From NCBI GenBank assembly GCA_008632985.1, contig QPGO01000036.1, forward strand, positions 62,001-126,000: DNA of 64,000 nucleotides, read 5' to 3'. The first letter of the stretch is position 1. Each line of letters opens with the position of its first letter. Shown piece after piece: positions 51,378-63,956 of the stretch. The position numbers were made by a program, and so were the translations under genes. The notes under the pieces are model-generated. The model did not search any database. It saw nothing but the letters and a program-made list of their open reading frames with translations, and was not told the origin of the DNA. Origin of the DNA: Psammoneis japonica. Its lineage: Eukaryota.

Positions 51378-52954
51378 ATGTCAACACACGGCAAGAAATG
51401 TGACATAGCTGAGGAGGACGAAGGAGAAACGTTTGATCTGTTCAGAGAGACGAAGTTGTGGTTTCACATTGCTCTTCCGACCGTGGCGGTTCAATTCAAT
51501 GTTTATTTTATATTTCCACAGACGGCATCTACTGTCGGACGTCACTTGGGTGTCGAAGCCCTTGCCAGCTTTTCCTTGGCTTCCTTGACTGGAAACCTAC
51601 TGGTTCTCTCAATTATTATGGGCGTTCTGACTGCAGCTGATACTCTAATGCCACGAGCTTTTGGGAATGGCCAATACTCTGAAGTGGGACGATTGGCTGT
51701 GCGAGGATTCGTGGCGTCCATACTTGTCTGATCGTTCCCTTGTTTCTCTTGACGTTCAGTATGGGTTCAATTTTTGAAAGTCTTGGGCAAGATCCGTTCG
51801 TCTCAATCGCCGCATCGTTGTGGCTACGAATTTATGTTGTCGGCGTTGGCTTTGTTTTGGTTTTCAGAATTATGCAGAGATTCCTAGCTTGTCAGCATAT
51901 TGTCTTTCCAATGGTACTAGCCAGTGGTTTAGCTTGCTTCTTGATACACCCTTTCCTGCTTTTGTGGTTGATTCCCAGTTTGGGTTTCATGGGTTCTGCT
52001 GTCGCTATCGTTGCGACACAGGTGGCGTGCATCGTGCTTGTGTTGACAATTCTCAAGCTTCGCCCAGTCTATAATGCAGCTACTTGGCCAGGGCTCTCTA
52101 TGTCTTTCATTCTAGAGTCCATACAGCCAGAAGGTATGCTACAATTCTTGAGGCTGAGTTTGGGAGGAGTCTTGTCCTTCACGGTATGTAATGCAAAAGG
52201 TCTGGCGTTCGTGGTATTAACGTTTCAAGACGACATTTTGTGTCATTTTCACGTATTTGTATCCTTTTCGGTATCAGGAATGGTGGTTCTGGGAAACAAA
52301 TGCTTCATCGCCGGGCACATAGGTGTTATCCCACTCTGCATTCATACTGTTGCATACAACTTGATTCCGGTCACATTCATGTTTCCGCTGGGGATGAGCA
52401 TTGGATTGAGCGTTAGAATGGGTCACGTTATCGGGAATAACGTTGCAGCTGCAAAGAAACTGGCAATTTTATGCATGAGCTTTACGCTTGTGGTTGCATT
52501 TATCGTTTCATTAACCTTGTATCGCATGCAACACATTGTTGTTGGTCTCTTCACACACGACCAAAAGGTAGTCGAGGGGTGCCGTGGTATCTGGGTCAAG
52601 TTTTGCATCTACATTGTATTACTCTATATGTATGGTATCAATAGTGGCATAATGCGTGCATTGGGACTGCAGTGGCGCATGGGAGGGATTGTTCTGGTGG
52701 TGCTGTGGGGTTTGACGTTACCCACGTTGATTCATGTAGGGGTTCGGAAAGGAGGCGGCATTGACGGAGTGTGGTCGATATTGCCTTGCGCGTATCTCAT
52801 CTTGAATGTTCTCTTGACCTTGACCTACACCAGGATCGACTGGAATGCCATTAGTCACGAAATTCGACAGCGAGCCAATCAGAAAGATCAAGTCGAAATT
52901 GGGGAAGGCTCCGAGCACACACCCCTCAACAGAACACGGCGACTGAATGTTTAG
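51378..52954 (+). CDS. MATE family efflux transporter; intron 52184-52277; two apparent 1-nt frameshifts (~51725, ~52300)
   Basis: VGRHLGVEALASFSLA, DTLMPRAFG, QRFLACQ, LGFMGSAVA, EWWFWE (after splicing), FMFPLGMSIGLSVRMG, GIMRALG; many hydrophobic helices. Confidence 0.85.
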
Positions 52955-52993
52955 TTAAAAACAATAACAACAACACAGAATGATCGCGTCGTC

Positions 52994-54379
52994 TTAATCG
53001 ACAAAACAAGAATTGAAACCACTGCGTAGCTGCTCTTGTTGTAGGTGCCTTCCAATAAACACGACCTTGCATGAACGTTCAACAGCATCCCCCGTGTAAC
53101 CTTGGTTGTCCCATCTCAATTCATCGCCTGCTGGATGTATCTCCCACAAATCGAAAACAGCCTGAACAATAAACCGTCGTGGATCCAAACCATTCTCGTC
53201 GGCAAGAACTTCATTTCCTTCATCGACACTGTCGTCACTTTCACACGTCACGGAAAGTATGCCCTTGATTCGAAAGATTTGCATGTCGCTGTCGCTAGTG
53301 GGTGGTTCCTCGGCCATCTCAACACGGTCCTCCTGCATACGAGCCTTTAGCACACTATTGGCTTCATCCTGATTTGGCCATAGCAGTGAGGCTAACCAGG
53401 CATTCATTTTTCGAAGATTTACAGAGCCGGTACGTACAAGTGCAAGTGTCCCGACGGCTTCTGTATGGCGGTGATTTTCCAGGTCATCAATGGTGTGATG
53501 GTGGCTGCATTCTTGACATAACAAGTCCGTACACGAATGATGAGAATTTTCCTTTCTCTCCGAAAGTAGCAAGTCGATTCCCTTTGAATCTCCAGTCCCA
53601 GTAAAGCAGTCTGTATCCAAAATCCACGACAAATCGGGCACCTCAGAATAGGTTGTTGAACGAATCATTGCTGTTGGGTGTATCCTTCTTATCCGTTTCA
53701 ACAAGTGTTGCTCCATATCCGAGTCCACAAGATCGATTTTGTTTAGCAGTATTCGATCGGCGTACGCAATTTGTTGAATAGCCTCTGTTGTTTGTTTCAG
53801 TTGCACGTCAATGTTGAGTGCATCCACCAGCGTCACAACCCCGTGCAACTGCAGTCTCGACTCCAACGCATCATCCAACCAAAACAAACTCGCAATCGGT
53901 CCAGGGTTTGCCATGCCACTGGCTTCAATCAAGATATAATCCAAGTCGCGTCTCTTTTGCAACAAATTTTCGAGCGTGGCAACAAGGGAGTCCTTAACGG
54001 TGCAACAGATACATCCGTTTGGCAATTCAATTAGATCCGACAGCGATTCTTGATTTGCACCGTCGCGAGCAATAATGGACTCGACTGACAGACCCTCACT
54101 GCCGCCTCCGTATTCATTCTCAATCACAGCAATTCTTTTTCCATGTTCGGGCGATCGAAGAATGTATTGGATGAGAGTAGTTTTCCCGCTCCCTAGGAAC
54201 CCAGACAAGATTGTTACTGGAACGGGCGGGAGAGAAACTTCGTCATGACCACGCGGAATCCCGGTGTTTGTTTCCTGTGCATCTGATAACTCGCCTTTAA
54301 TTTTATCGATATTGACAAGCACCGGAACTTCCTCCTCATCGTCGCTGTCAGGTATGCGGTTGTCGTTGTAAGTGTCCAT
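52994..54379 (-). CDS. cobW: COG0523/CobW-family (ZNG1-like) G3E P-loop GTPase, putative metallochaperone
   Basis: VPVTILSGFLGSGKTT, IENEYG, LPNGCICCTV (CxCC), IEASGMANP, LNKID, His-rich linker, RIKG and VFIGR in the C-terminal domain. First ATG at 54379. Confidence 0.93.
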   Translation of the reverse strand: MDTYNDNRIPDSDDEEEVPVLVNIDKIKGELSDAQETNTGIPRGHDEVSLPPVPVTILSGFLGSGKTTLIQYILRSPEHGKRIAVIENEYGGGSEGLSVESIIARDGANQESLSDLIELPNGCICCTVKDSLVATLENLLQKRRDLDYILIEASGMANPGPIASLFWLDDALESRLQLHGVVTLVDALNIDVQLKQTTEAIQQIAYADRILLNKIDLVDSDMEQHLLKRIRRIHPTAMIRSTTYSEVPDLSWILDTDCFTGTGDSKGIDLLLSERKENSHHSCTDLLCQECSHHHTIDDLENHRHTEAVGTLALVRTGSVNLRKMNAWLASLLWPNQDEANSVLKARMQEDRVEMAEEPPTSDSDMQIFRIKGILSVTCESDDSVDEGNEVLADENGLDPRRFIVQAVFDLWEIHPAGDELRWDNQGYTGDAVERSCKVVFIGRHLQQEQLRSGFNSCFVD

Positions 54380-54466
54380 CGTTGTGCATCTCACTCCATC
54401 GTTTGCCTCTCTTTTGTGTTGTGTCCGTCTTCGTCTGGTGGTTCGTGGTGTCAAAACAGAAGAGCA

Positions 54467-54710
54467 ATTAGACCTCGAGGTCTGAGGTCAAAATAAATGA
54501 AAACCATTGGAGGTCTATGGACCTCGAGCTCTGAGGTCCAAATAAAAACCATTGGAGGTCCATAACACCGGTAAGGTTGCATACTACTTTTTTTGAAAAA
54601 TCCATTAGACCTCGAGGTCTGAGGTCCAAATAAAAACCATTGGAGGTCTAATACTTTTTTTCAAAAATCCATTAGTCCTCGAGGTCTGAGGTCCATAAAC
54701 CATTAGAGGT
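54467..54710. repeat. Four-unit repeat array with the palindrome AGACCTCGAGGTCT in the divergent intergenic region
   Basis: Units of (att)agacctcgaggtctgaggtc(c)aaataaaaaccattggaggtc at ~54467, 54519, 54604 and 54671, with small variants. Confidence 0.92.
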
Positions 54711-54762
54711 TAAGTGTTAAAGTCGCCGCAATAACAACAATCGCTTTTTTGCCGCTGCCACC

Positions 54763-55916
54763 ATGGAGACAGTCCCCGAGAAGAGCCGTGCAAGAGCTCA
54801 AATGGTACATGAAGAGACACTCGAGCCCATGCGAGTTTCTCATGCGTACGATGGTCCTTCGCGAAACCTTTACGAGTCCATCATCACTGAACGCAAGCCC
54901 CACCTTTTGCTGGTTCTTGTCGTCGTAGTTCTTGTCGTGGCGCTGCTTCCAACCCGCGAAAGCGACAGCATTTTGTTTCTTCAGTGCCCACCACAAGTTC
55001 CCAAAGCTCCTAACGATGATGGGTATCACATAAATGTTGACTATTTGACAATAGAGGCTGGCGAAGGAAATCTGGTGCTGGGAAGAAACATTACACATTT
55101 TCTGGAGAACAGAACAATGCATTACGATAATTGGGGCCACTCCTACGAAGAAGTCAAGGAGGGAATGTACCATTGGAAGTCAACCATGTATGCCGACAAT
55201 GTCGAAAACGGGGACCGCATATATGAAAGCGCCTGTGGAATCGGTCTCAATCTATACATGACGCTTGAAATCCTTAACGAGGTCAAAGGCATCGATACGC
55301 TCTTTGTCTATGGGAACGATTATCTTCCGCAAAGCACAGCTTTAGCCAATCTGATTTTTGATCAGATGCCACCATTTCATTCGAAAAAGGGTTCATTGTG
55401 CACTGCCGACTCGACAAATCTGGAATTTGTCCCATCCGATACATTTGACGTCGTCTTTACTGGATACATAACGTAAGTTGCTCATTTCTTTTGCTGATCG
55501 GCGAGCCGTGGACCTTTGACTTAACCTCGATTACGTTGTTCAGTCCAATCTATGATCCCATTCAAATAGGAAATGGCACAATAAAAGAGAATTACAGACT
55601 GTATCGGGAAGTATGCGAAGAAACAGATTGGAAGAGCGAAAAACTAAAAGCTTTGTCGCAGGAAGCTCAAGAAGACTTCTACGCTGCTTGGGTGGGCGAA
55701 ATGATTCGTATCGCCAAACCAGGCAAGCCAGTAATTGTAGAGCAAGTCTCAAATCCTTATTGTGACGAATACAGAGATTGGGGTGGTGTTGCGAGAGAGT
55801 GGTGGGAACCGGCGATTCAGAAATATGGTTGGAATGTTGACCCGGATTCAATCGTGATGGAATATGACACGATTTTCTTTAATAGATATCATGTTTTCTT
55901 GCGGAAGAATCCATGA
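54763..55916 (+). CDS. Membrane-anchored SAM-dependent methyltransferase-like protein; intron 55473-55543
   Basis: N-terminal TM helix (LLLVLVVVVLVVALL), IYESACGIG (motif I), YGND, FDVVFTG, EMIRIAKPGKPVIV. The GTAAGT...CAG intron joins the two ORFs in frame. Confidence 0.85.
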
Positions 55917-56421
55917 CGGAGCTCAGTATGAACGATTGATGAAGCGACTGTGTTTCTTCTCTTCGTGTGAGGGTAGCTCGCTCGACATCGCAACCAAAGG
56001 CTCGACATACTCAAACTATTGATGATAGTAATTCTGAAGCTAACTACAGGTTGTCATCTTTAGTGATACTATACTTTGAACTACTCTGCCTACCATCAAT
56101 CTACAACAAATCAAGCATGCAGGTGTGGATAGTTGCCCTACTCTTTCTGCCCTCTAGCTCATTGCGTTGCCTCTTTGGGGTTGAACTTGACAACTCTGTT
56201 TACACCCTGACACCTCTTGAGAGTTGGACTTGGGGCGCCTGTAAAATGGCTAGCCCCAACATTTTGTGCAGAATCGCTCAGGTAGATCTATCATCCTCTG
56301 CCGCTCTGAACTCTGCATTTTCTCTGGCTGCTACGATCAACTCTCAACTCTGGGCTAGTGCAAGATTGACAGATGAGATCTTTCAACCGGGCCTTCCCAA
56401 TTCTGTGCTATGGTATGCTTT

Positions 56422-56666
56422 TGACAGGGATCCCACATGACCCTTTTATATTGGAACCTCATGTTCGAAGATAGCATATATATTCAGTCGGGTTTATGAC
56501 TGAAATTTACTGATCTTTCGGAGTGTTTCAACAACCTGTCGGAATCTATCCGTTCTGACAGCCACATCGATTCTGAGACTAGCTCAGAATCTCTCACAAC
56601 TTCTAGACAAAGCATTATCGCAAGGTACTGTTTCTAGATTAGGCTCTAGCTTACTCTCTCCTGTCA
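56422..56666 (+). repeat. 5' LTR of the copia element (245 bp)
   Basis: Begins TGACAGG and ends CCTGTCA (7-bp inverted termini). The same TGACAGG follows the PPT at 63994. Confidence 0.85.
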
Positions 56667-56676
56667 GTGCACGGAC

Positions 56677-59600
56677 TTGATCACCCAAGACACTCTCAGG
56701 CGAGTGCCCAGCTCTCACCCATTTCCCATCATGGTTGCAACACTTCCGGTTCGGTCCAACACGACCGCTTCTTTCAAGCCGAGTGCTGCTCATGCGTCTC
56801 GCAATGCTTCCTCTCCCAAGCCGTCTTCGCACGCACTTTCTTCGCATGAAGCTTTCACGGTCCACGGATGCTCCGTCGATGACGTCCCCATGGCCGACCC
56901 TCGTGACCGTTGTCACAATGTTGATGCTGGCTCCATTGTTCAGCATGCTGGCATGTACACCGCACGTCGTCGTCGATCTCGTCGCGTGACCCAGGGCGTG
57001 CACCACCCTGCCACCCGTTGCATCAAGCGCGCATCTGCGCCACGCTCCAAGCCGCCTTCCAAGCCCTCGCAGCAGGCCCCCAGGCGCAACAAGGTCTCCA
57101 CCCGTCGCTCTCAACGTGCTGTCAACCGCACGCTCTCTAGCTCTACCGACACTGTGGATTTTGAGCGCCGTGTTTGCTCATCTGTTCGTGGCCTTCGCAA
57201 CGGCAAACCCGCCACTTTGCCCAGGACCCTTCATGCTGTTTCGCAGCCGACTCGCAAGCGCACCAAGACCGCTCGCCGTCGCACCAAACGTGCTCTTCGT
57301 CGCTCTGTTGCTTCGGTCAAAGGCACCCCGGCTCCTGCTCTGCCTGCACCTGACGAGCTCCGTCTCTCTCGTGTCAAAGCTGACGTCCGCGCCGCTCTCA
57401 GCGAACGTCTTGCTCAGGCCCAGGCCCGAGTTGATCATCTCCAACTCGAGACTGAAAAGATCTGCTCCAACTTTCACATTGTCAAGCACTCTCGTGCTCG
57501 ACTTGACACGTTGTTGGAACAATCCACTCACGATGAATCCAAGTTTTTCGACCCCGAGCACAATCTCTGTGACCGCGCGATCCGCGACCAATTGACAGAT
57601 GTCGACTCATCCCTTGACATTTTACATGTCGATTTGGACACTTTGCATGACCGCATTCCGAAACCTTCCGCACGCGATAACCCCGCGCCCTCTGCTCACT
57701 TTTCTGGGCCGCGCCCCCGAAAACGTCAAACCAAATCACGCTCGCGGCAATCACTCCGGATGACTCCCAACCAGGAACACCATGCACTACGATCCTACCG
57801 TCTCCGCCATGGCATGTCCCGCTCCGAACCCTTTTATCATCCAGACGCCGACTCCTTCTTTCGGCCTGAAACAAGAAAGTGTCAAGACAGTGGCCCACAG
57901 CAGTCTCCGCACCCCTCTTCCGATCACTTCATCTACGTCACCGTTGAAACTGTACACTCCGACGATGCGGACGATGCATCAGCTCAAGGGGCGTCTCAAC
58001 CCATTGCTGACGACCCGCCACCCACTGTCACTGCACCACTGGGGTCCCCTGAGGAATTCCCCCCGCTTTCATCTCCAACGGATCAAGCCACTCCTGCTCT
58101 CTCCCATGTCGACCCATCATCAACCTCCGCGACTCCGCTTTTTGATGTTGTCACTCCCACGTTGAATGAAATGGATGAAGCACTTGACAAGGCTCTTGCC
58201 TCTCCTGCTCACACTCCTGCAGTCAACTCACCTTCTCCAGCTTCGCCCGACACCTCTGACGCGCCTGATCTGTCCGTCGACCAAGACATCAACGTCCAGG
58301 TTCGTCTCGTCACCTTCGAGGCTCTCTTCGACACCCAACAAGCTCTCGCACCGTTTTTCCATCGTGAGAATGAACGTGCCGCTGAGCTTTGCGACACTGT
58401 CGATTCGGCGAAAACGTCTTTCGAGCGCCTCCTTCGTCGACACCCTGCTTGCGAAGCAAGCACTCTCGCACTTTGTCGTTTTCAGGACATGATGCGCGAA
58501 GCCGAGTCCCTTTACTTGGAACTCATGTTCCGCCTTGCCCTCACCCCACGACCACACCCCGCTTCCCCGTCCGCTCACCACTCATCAGTTGACGACACTG
58601 TTTTCTCTCATGTCGCAAGCGAGCGCACCTCGGAATCCTTGTCAAATTCACTGATGAAGCATGCATCTCACACAAATTTGCGCACTCTGAAGCACCATCA
58701 GAATCCGCACACACGACGACAAAAATTTCATGCATTCTTGAATGACTTGCGTGGGACCTTCGCATCATTTCCGGAATTCAATGGTGCACTCGATGATTTT
58801 CCCTCTGTCCCTCTCCGCCCACTTCCAGACCATGCCGACAGCACCCTCTGTGCCCTCCTCTGGACGCATGTGGACGCAACGTGCCAATCTGACATTTCTG
58901 ACCTTGGATCTCGTTCCGGCAAACTTGCTCTCGAAGAACTCCAGCTGCGCTGTGCGCCCATCACTCAGGAACACAGCAACCACTGTTCAAACGACTACCT
59001 CCAAGTCTTTCGCAACTCGGATGAGTCCGCCAGCAGCTTCATCCAACGGTTTGAACGAAAACTCCGGAGCCACAAGAACGCCGGCCTTCCCGTCAAGACT
59101 GATGCGGATGTCAGTGCCCATTTTCTTGGCCAAATGGGCAGCCATCCCCGCTGTGATGCTGCCATCAAGCAATTCGAATCCGAATTTCGCACTGCTGCTC
59201 GTCTCTCCTCTGCCACCGCTCCTCGATTTAAGGACATCCGGCAAACGTTTTATGATGTCGACGAGCAGCATCACAACCAACAGCATCGTGATCGGCTCTC
59301 GCATGGCTCCCGCTCCCGCTCTCACAACAACCATGCTCACCTTGCCACCGTCAAACGCGCTCCTCGGAATGCACAACGACAGCAACAGCAGCACCGTTGC
59401 CCAAACCAACCTAACGCCACCGAGATCTGCGACTGCTGTGGCAAACGCAACCACAACGCCTCCGAATGTCGCTCTCGGCTCCGTGATCTGAAGAAGGGCA
59501 CACCCAAGGATCAACCTGCTGCCAAACCTCCTCGCGACCTCAGCGAAGTCACGTGCCATAACTGCAGAAAAAAGGGGCACCTTCGTCCCGACTGTCCCGA

Positions 59601-62600
59601 ACTCGCCAAGGACTCCAAACAGACCGCTCTCGCAGCCACTGCACCCACCATGCACTGCCGCGCAAAGGCACCTCCCCCGAAGGACCAAATCATTTTCTGC
59701 GCTGCTCGAGCTGATGTGGAGGACACTCACTCTTGTTGTCCCTCCTCTTCTGACTCTATCCCAACCCTGGTGCCATGCCACGTCTCCTTTGATGACGACT
59801 CATCGGCCTGCTGCTCCACGAGTGACTCGATCGCATCTTCCTCTGCTCATGGAACAATGCCTGCCATCACTCTCCAGGACCTCCTTGATGACACCTCTTC
59901 GATTGATGGCAACAACACTCTCTCCGCCAACTCGCACTCTGCTGGTCCTCCGCCCCTTGCACATCATGATTGCGACTCCAGCACGGAATCATCATCCACC
60001 ACGCCGTTTTTGGTCCGTCGCCCACGCAAACCGGATGACACTGCGGCCTGCCCTTTTGATGAACCGCCCCCCGGGAACTCTCCCGCGGAATCACCAGTCT
60101 GCTTCGACTTCCACGACGCTTTCACCACGGCATCTTACGCCTCCAGGCACACTGCCATCTCTGACGATGATGTCGACTCCGTCACATCTGATCTCAGCTG
60201 TGACTCCATCGACACGGTCCACACCATCCCCCGTTTCTCATGCGACACCGCTGACTGTCACGTTCAAGTTGCATGCATGGCCGACGATCCCAACCAGTGC
60301 CGACCTCACCAACAACCACGCGACTCCGACCTCACGGACATCAGCAGTTGGTTTGTCGACTCTGGTGCCTCTTCCCATTTCGTTCATCATGACTCACTTG
60401 ACGACAGCACCCCCTGTCACGTCCCTGTTGTCATTGCAGACGGCACCACCGTTCATGCCACGAAAGTTGGATCCGTCACCCTCCGTTTTCAAGATGACCA
60501 AGGACATCCGGTCAACCTTGTTCTCGATCGCGTCCATTGTGTCCCCGGCCTCAACTGGAACTTGTTTTCGGTGCCCTCCTTCACGGCCAATGAACTCTTC
60601 AATGTCCGAATCACTGCCAATGTCACGACACTTGATTTTGGCGACGGACACACATTCAGCTTCCCGATTCTCCATCACAAGCGCTCCTGTCACGATGTCA
60701 CCGCTGCCACAGAACCGGAACCCACTTCCGACCTCCCGTTGACGGAAGCAACCAACGCCCAAGGCTCATCGAAACCAGCGACACATGCAATCGACCTTGA
60801 CCTTGCAGGTCGCCGTTTCGGTTGTCGCTCCTCTCAGAGCCTTTTGGCGGGCACAGTTGGCGAAGTTTGGCGCGACTGCCATGTTGCCCCCGGGACTGAC
60901 GACTGTCTCGACAACGCGCGCATCGCCATCTCCCGAAAGCGCAACCGCGTCAAGTGTGACCCAACTGAACCAACACACACATTTTCACGTGTGTTTGTGG
61001 ACACAATTCCCAACCCTCACACAGTCGCACTCACCCCAAAAACGTCCTTTCCCTGCCACCTCTTTTTGGCAACCCACAAAGGACACTGCTGCGGTGTTCG
61101 TGGCCTCAAGAGCCCATCATCTGGCAACATCATCGCCGCCTTTAAATCATGGATGACCGAAGTGCAATCCCAGGGACAAATCCAAGACACAAACTTCATC
61201 CGCGCGGACTCCGCAACATGTTTTCTGTCCTCCGAATTTCTTGCATTTGGTGAAGACAATGGAATCAAGGTCGAAGTTGCCACTCCACGTCACCAGGAGC
61301 AGAACGGGGTTGCGGAACGCATGTGGCAAGTCGTCAGCCGGATGATTCGTTGCCTCCTTGTCAACGCAAGACTCTCGGCACACTTCTGCCATCATGCATT
61401 TGTTCATGCCGTCGCCATCCTGAACGTTCTCCCAGCCAAAGGCACGCGGCTCCCTGATGGCTCACTGGCTACACCGTGCTTCCATGCATTCAACAGACTT
61501 CCAAAGATTGGCAACTTTCGGGTCTTCGGATGTCCCGTCACTTTTGACAGATGCCAACCCCTCAACCCGGCAACTCGTTGCCCGACCACCACCCAACAAC
61601 AGATTCAACATCGATCTTGTGGCATTCATGTGGGTTTCGCACCAAACCAGGCTGGTTGCCTCATCTGTGTTCCTGAGGGCATCGGCACCAAGAATCTGAT
61701 TGTCGCGCATGACGCTGTCTTCGACGAACTTTTCGAATCATCACTCGTGCACGACCACGTCCCCTTCTCTGGCGCACTCCCGATCCGGAACATCTCCAAC
61801 GACGCCTCCGGCCTTGAGACATGCAACGAGAATCCTGTGGATGAACATGCGGGTGCCATTCAAGATTTCCTTGACGTTGACTCACCCCCTTGTCCCTCCA
61901 CTCTCACCGAAGCGCCTCCGGAATCCGATGAATCCGATTCAGAGCCACCATCCCCTGCACCCACTACAACCGGTCTCAGACGATCCACTCGCACCAACGC
62001 TGGCCTCCGCACTTCCGTGCGCTTCGCGGACGAGGAGCAACTCTACGCCATAACCTCCTCCACTCCCCCAGTCGATCTCCTCGAACAAACTCTCTTCGAC
62101 GACTCCCTCGCCATGGAATCTGCGTACAGCGCCTCCGTCAAATCTCCTTGGCCTGACTGCAATTGGCACAAATGCCCGGATCCTTTACAACAGGCCTTGG
62201 AAGCCGTCCAGGCCACCTCTTCATTTCCCATTGATGACTGCTCACCCGTTCCCCGCTCTTTTCGAGCCATCCTCAGACAACCTCCTGCGATTCGCGACGC
62301 CTGGCTTCGTGCCGTCCGATCTGAGCTCAAGAACCTCATCGTGGACAATGAAACCTTTGCTCTTCATGAATGTCCCGTCCAGACGATGAGATCATTGGCG
62401 CCACACTTGCTCTACGTGCCAAGGAGAAATCCGACGGCTCTCTGGAGAAACTCAAGGCTCGACACTGTGCGCGCGGCGACATGCAACGCAAATCAGCCGA
62501 TGACGACAATTGGTCACCAAACGCATCCTCTTGTGCCATCAAGCTCTTCCCAGCTTTTGCAGCAAAGGCCAAACGGCACGTCAAGAATGGTGATTTTGTT

Positions 62601-63956
62601 GGTGCTTGCCTTCAAGCCCCCGCTCGCGGCCGCCTCTTTGTTCGATTCGACCCGATTCTGAAGCAACATTTTCCTGAATGTGCTGAATGTTTTGGTGTGC
62701 CCCTTCGTCTCAAGAAAGGCATGTGCGGGACCATCCGCAGTGGTCTTTGGTGGTCCACCGAGCTCTCCGAATTTTTGCTTGCCCAAGGACACACCAATTC
62801 CAAAGCAGATCCCACCTTCTTTGCCAAGCACTTCCCCGACGGCTCATGTCTCAAGCTCATTTTCTACACGGATGACATCATCTACTTTGGGTCTCACGAC
62901 AGAGTCGAGAAGGACTTTGAGAACCTCACACGATCCAGGTGCAACATCACATTCAACAGTGACGTCACCTGGTTCTTGCAAATGTGCATCCACCGACATT
63001 CCGACGGCTCCTTCTCTCTCGACCAACATCGACATGTGCGCAATCTCCTCAAGCGGTTCCTTGCTCCCACCTCGCCTTGGGGCAGCCCCAGCTTTCAGGA
63101 TGCCCCAGCCCCCGTTGATTGTGTGTGCTCCAAAGCGAATCAACCCAAGGACGCCGCCGAATCCAAGCAAATCGCGAACAAGTATCCTGGTCTCCATTTT
63201 CGATCCGCTGTCTGCTCCATCCTTTATCTCGCCTGCAACACTCGCGCTGACATTCTCTGGATCACCTGCAAACTTGCAAAGGCTTGCACCAACCCTGGTG
63301 TGAAGGATTTTGATGCTCTCGTCCACCTTTTTGGCTGTCTCCGCAAACATCAAGACCTCGCCATCAAATTTTATTCTGATCCCACCGCGAGCCCTGTTCA
63401 CGCTATTTGCGAAGCTCACGACATCAGCCATTCTGAATTTGTGGTCTTCGCCGATGCCAGCTGGCAGGATTGTCCGGACACCGCCAAGTCAACCGTTGGA
63501 TTTATGGTCTACTTCAATGGGGCAACAGTGGAAGCCAATTCCACTGTCCCAACCCCTGTTGCAATGTCCACTGCCGAATCCGAGTGGATGGGTGCCTGCA
63601 CTGGCGCCATGGCTGTCGCTCACCTGCGCATGTTGGCCTGCGACTTCACCTTCCTTGGCACTCGCCACTGCTCCATTGACTCCCAGCGACTGTCCACTGC
63701 TCCCACAATCCTCATGTTGGACAACCAAGCCGCAGTCCAAATGGCCCAAAACGACCAACAAACTCGACGAACCCGACATGTTGAGCGACGCTTCCAATGT
63801 GTCCGCGAAGGGCAGCGACTCGGTCATCACTTGCTTGTTTGGGTTCCCGCGGAAAGTCAATTAGCGGACTGCCTCACCAAAACTCAATGTGCAGACAAAA
63901 TTTGGGTCATGGTCGACCGTGTCCTGTGGCGCCTACCTGCACACATGCTGTCATGA
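56677..63956 (+). pseudogene. Copia gag-pol polyprotein; one frameshift near 62375; conserved Tyr replaced by Cys/His
   Basis: Zn knuckles CDCCGKRNHNASEC and CHNCRKKGHLRPDC; protease WFVDSGASSH; integrase IRADS...TPRHQEQNGVAER; RT LKARHCARG, DFVGACLQ, LKKGMCG, FYTDD; RNase H FADASW, STAESE, DNQAA, QLADCLTK. True start unknown. Confidence 0.92.

Noticed and set aside
54467..54710. CRISPR array
   Set aside because: Eukaryotic context, no cas genes, and intervening sequences repeat rather than being unique spacers.
55967..56440. 157-aa ORF upstream of the copia
   Set aside because: No recognisable domain, non-ATG start, and it runs into the LTR.
56667..56690. Primer-binding site of the copia
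   Set aside because: The position fits, but I could not match gtgcacggacttgatc to a specific tRNA.
56677..63956. Alternative genetic code (Cys/His codons read as Tyr)
   Set aside because: Adjacent host genes use Tyr codons normally, and the change also affects non-coding LTR sequence.
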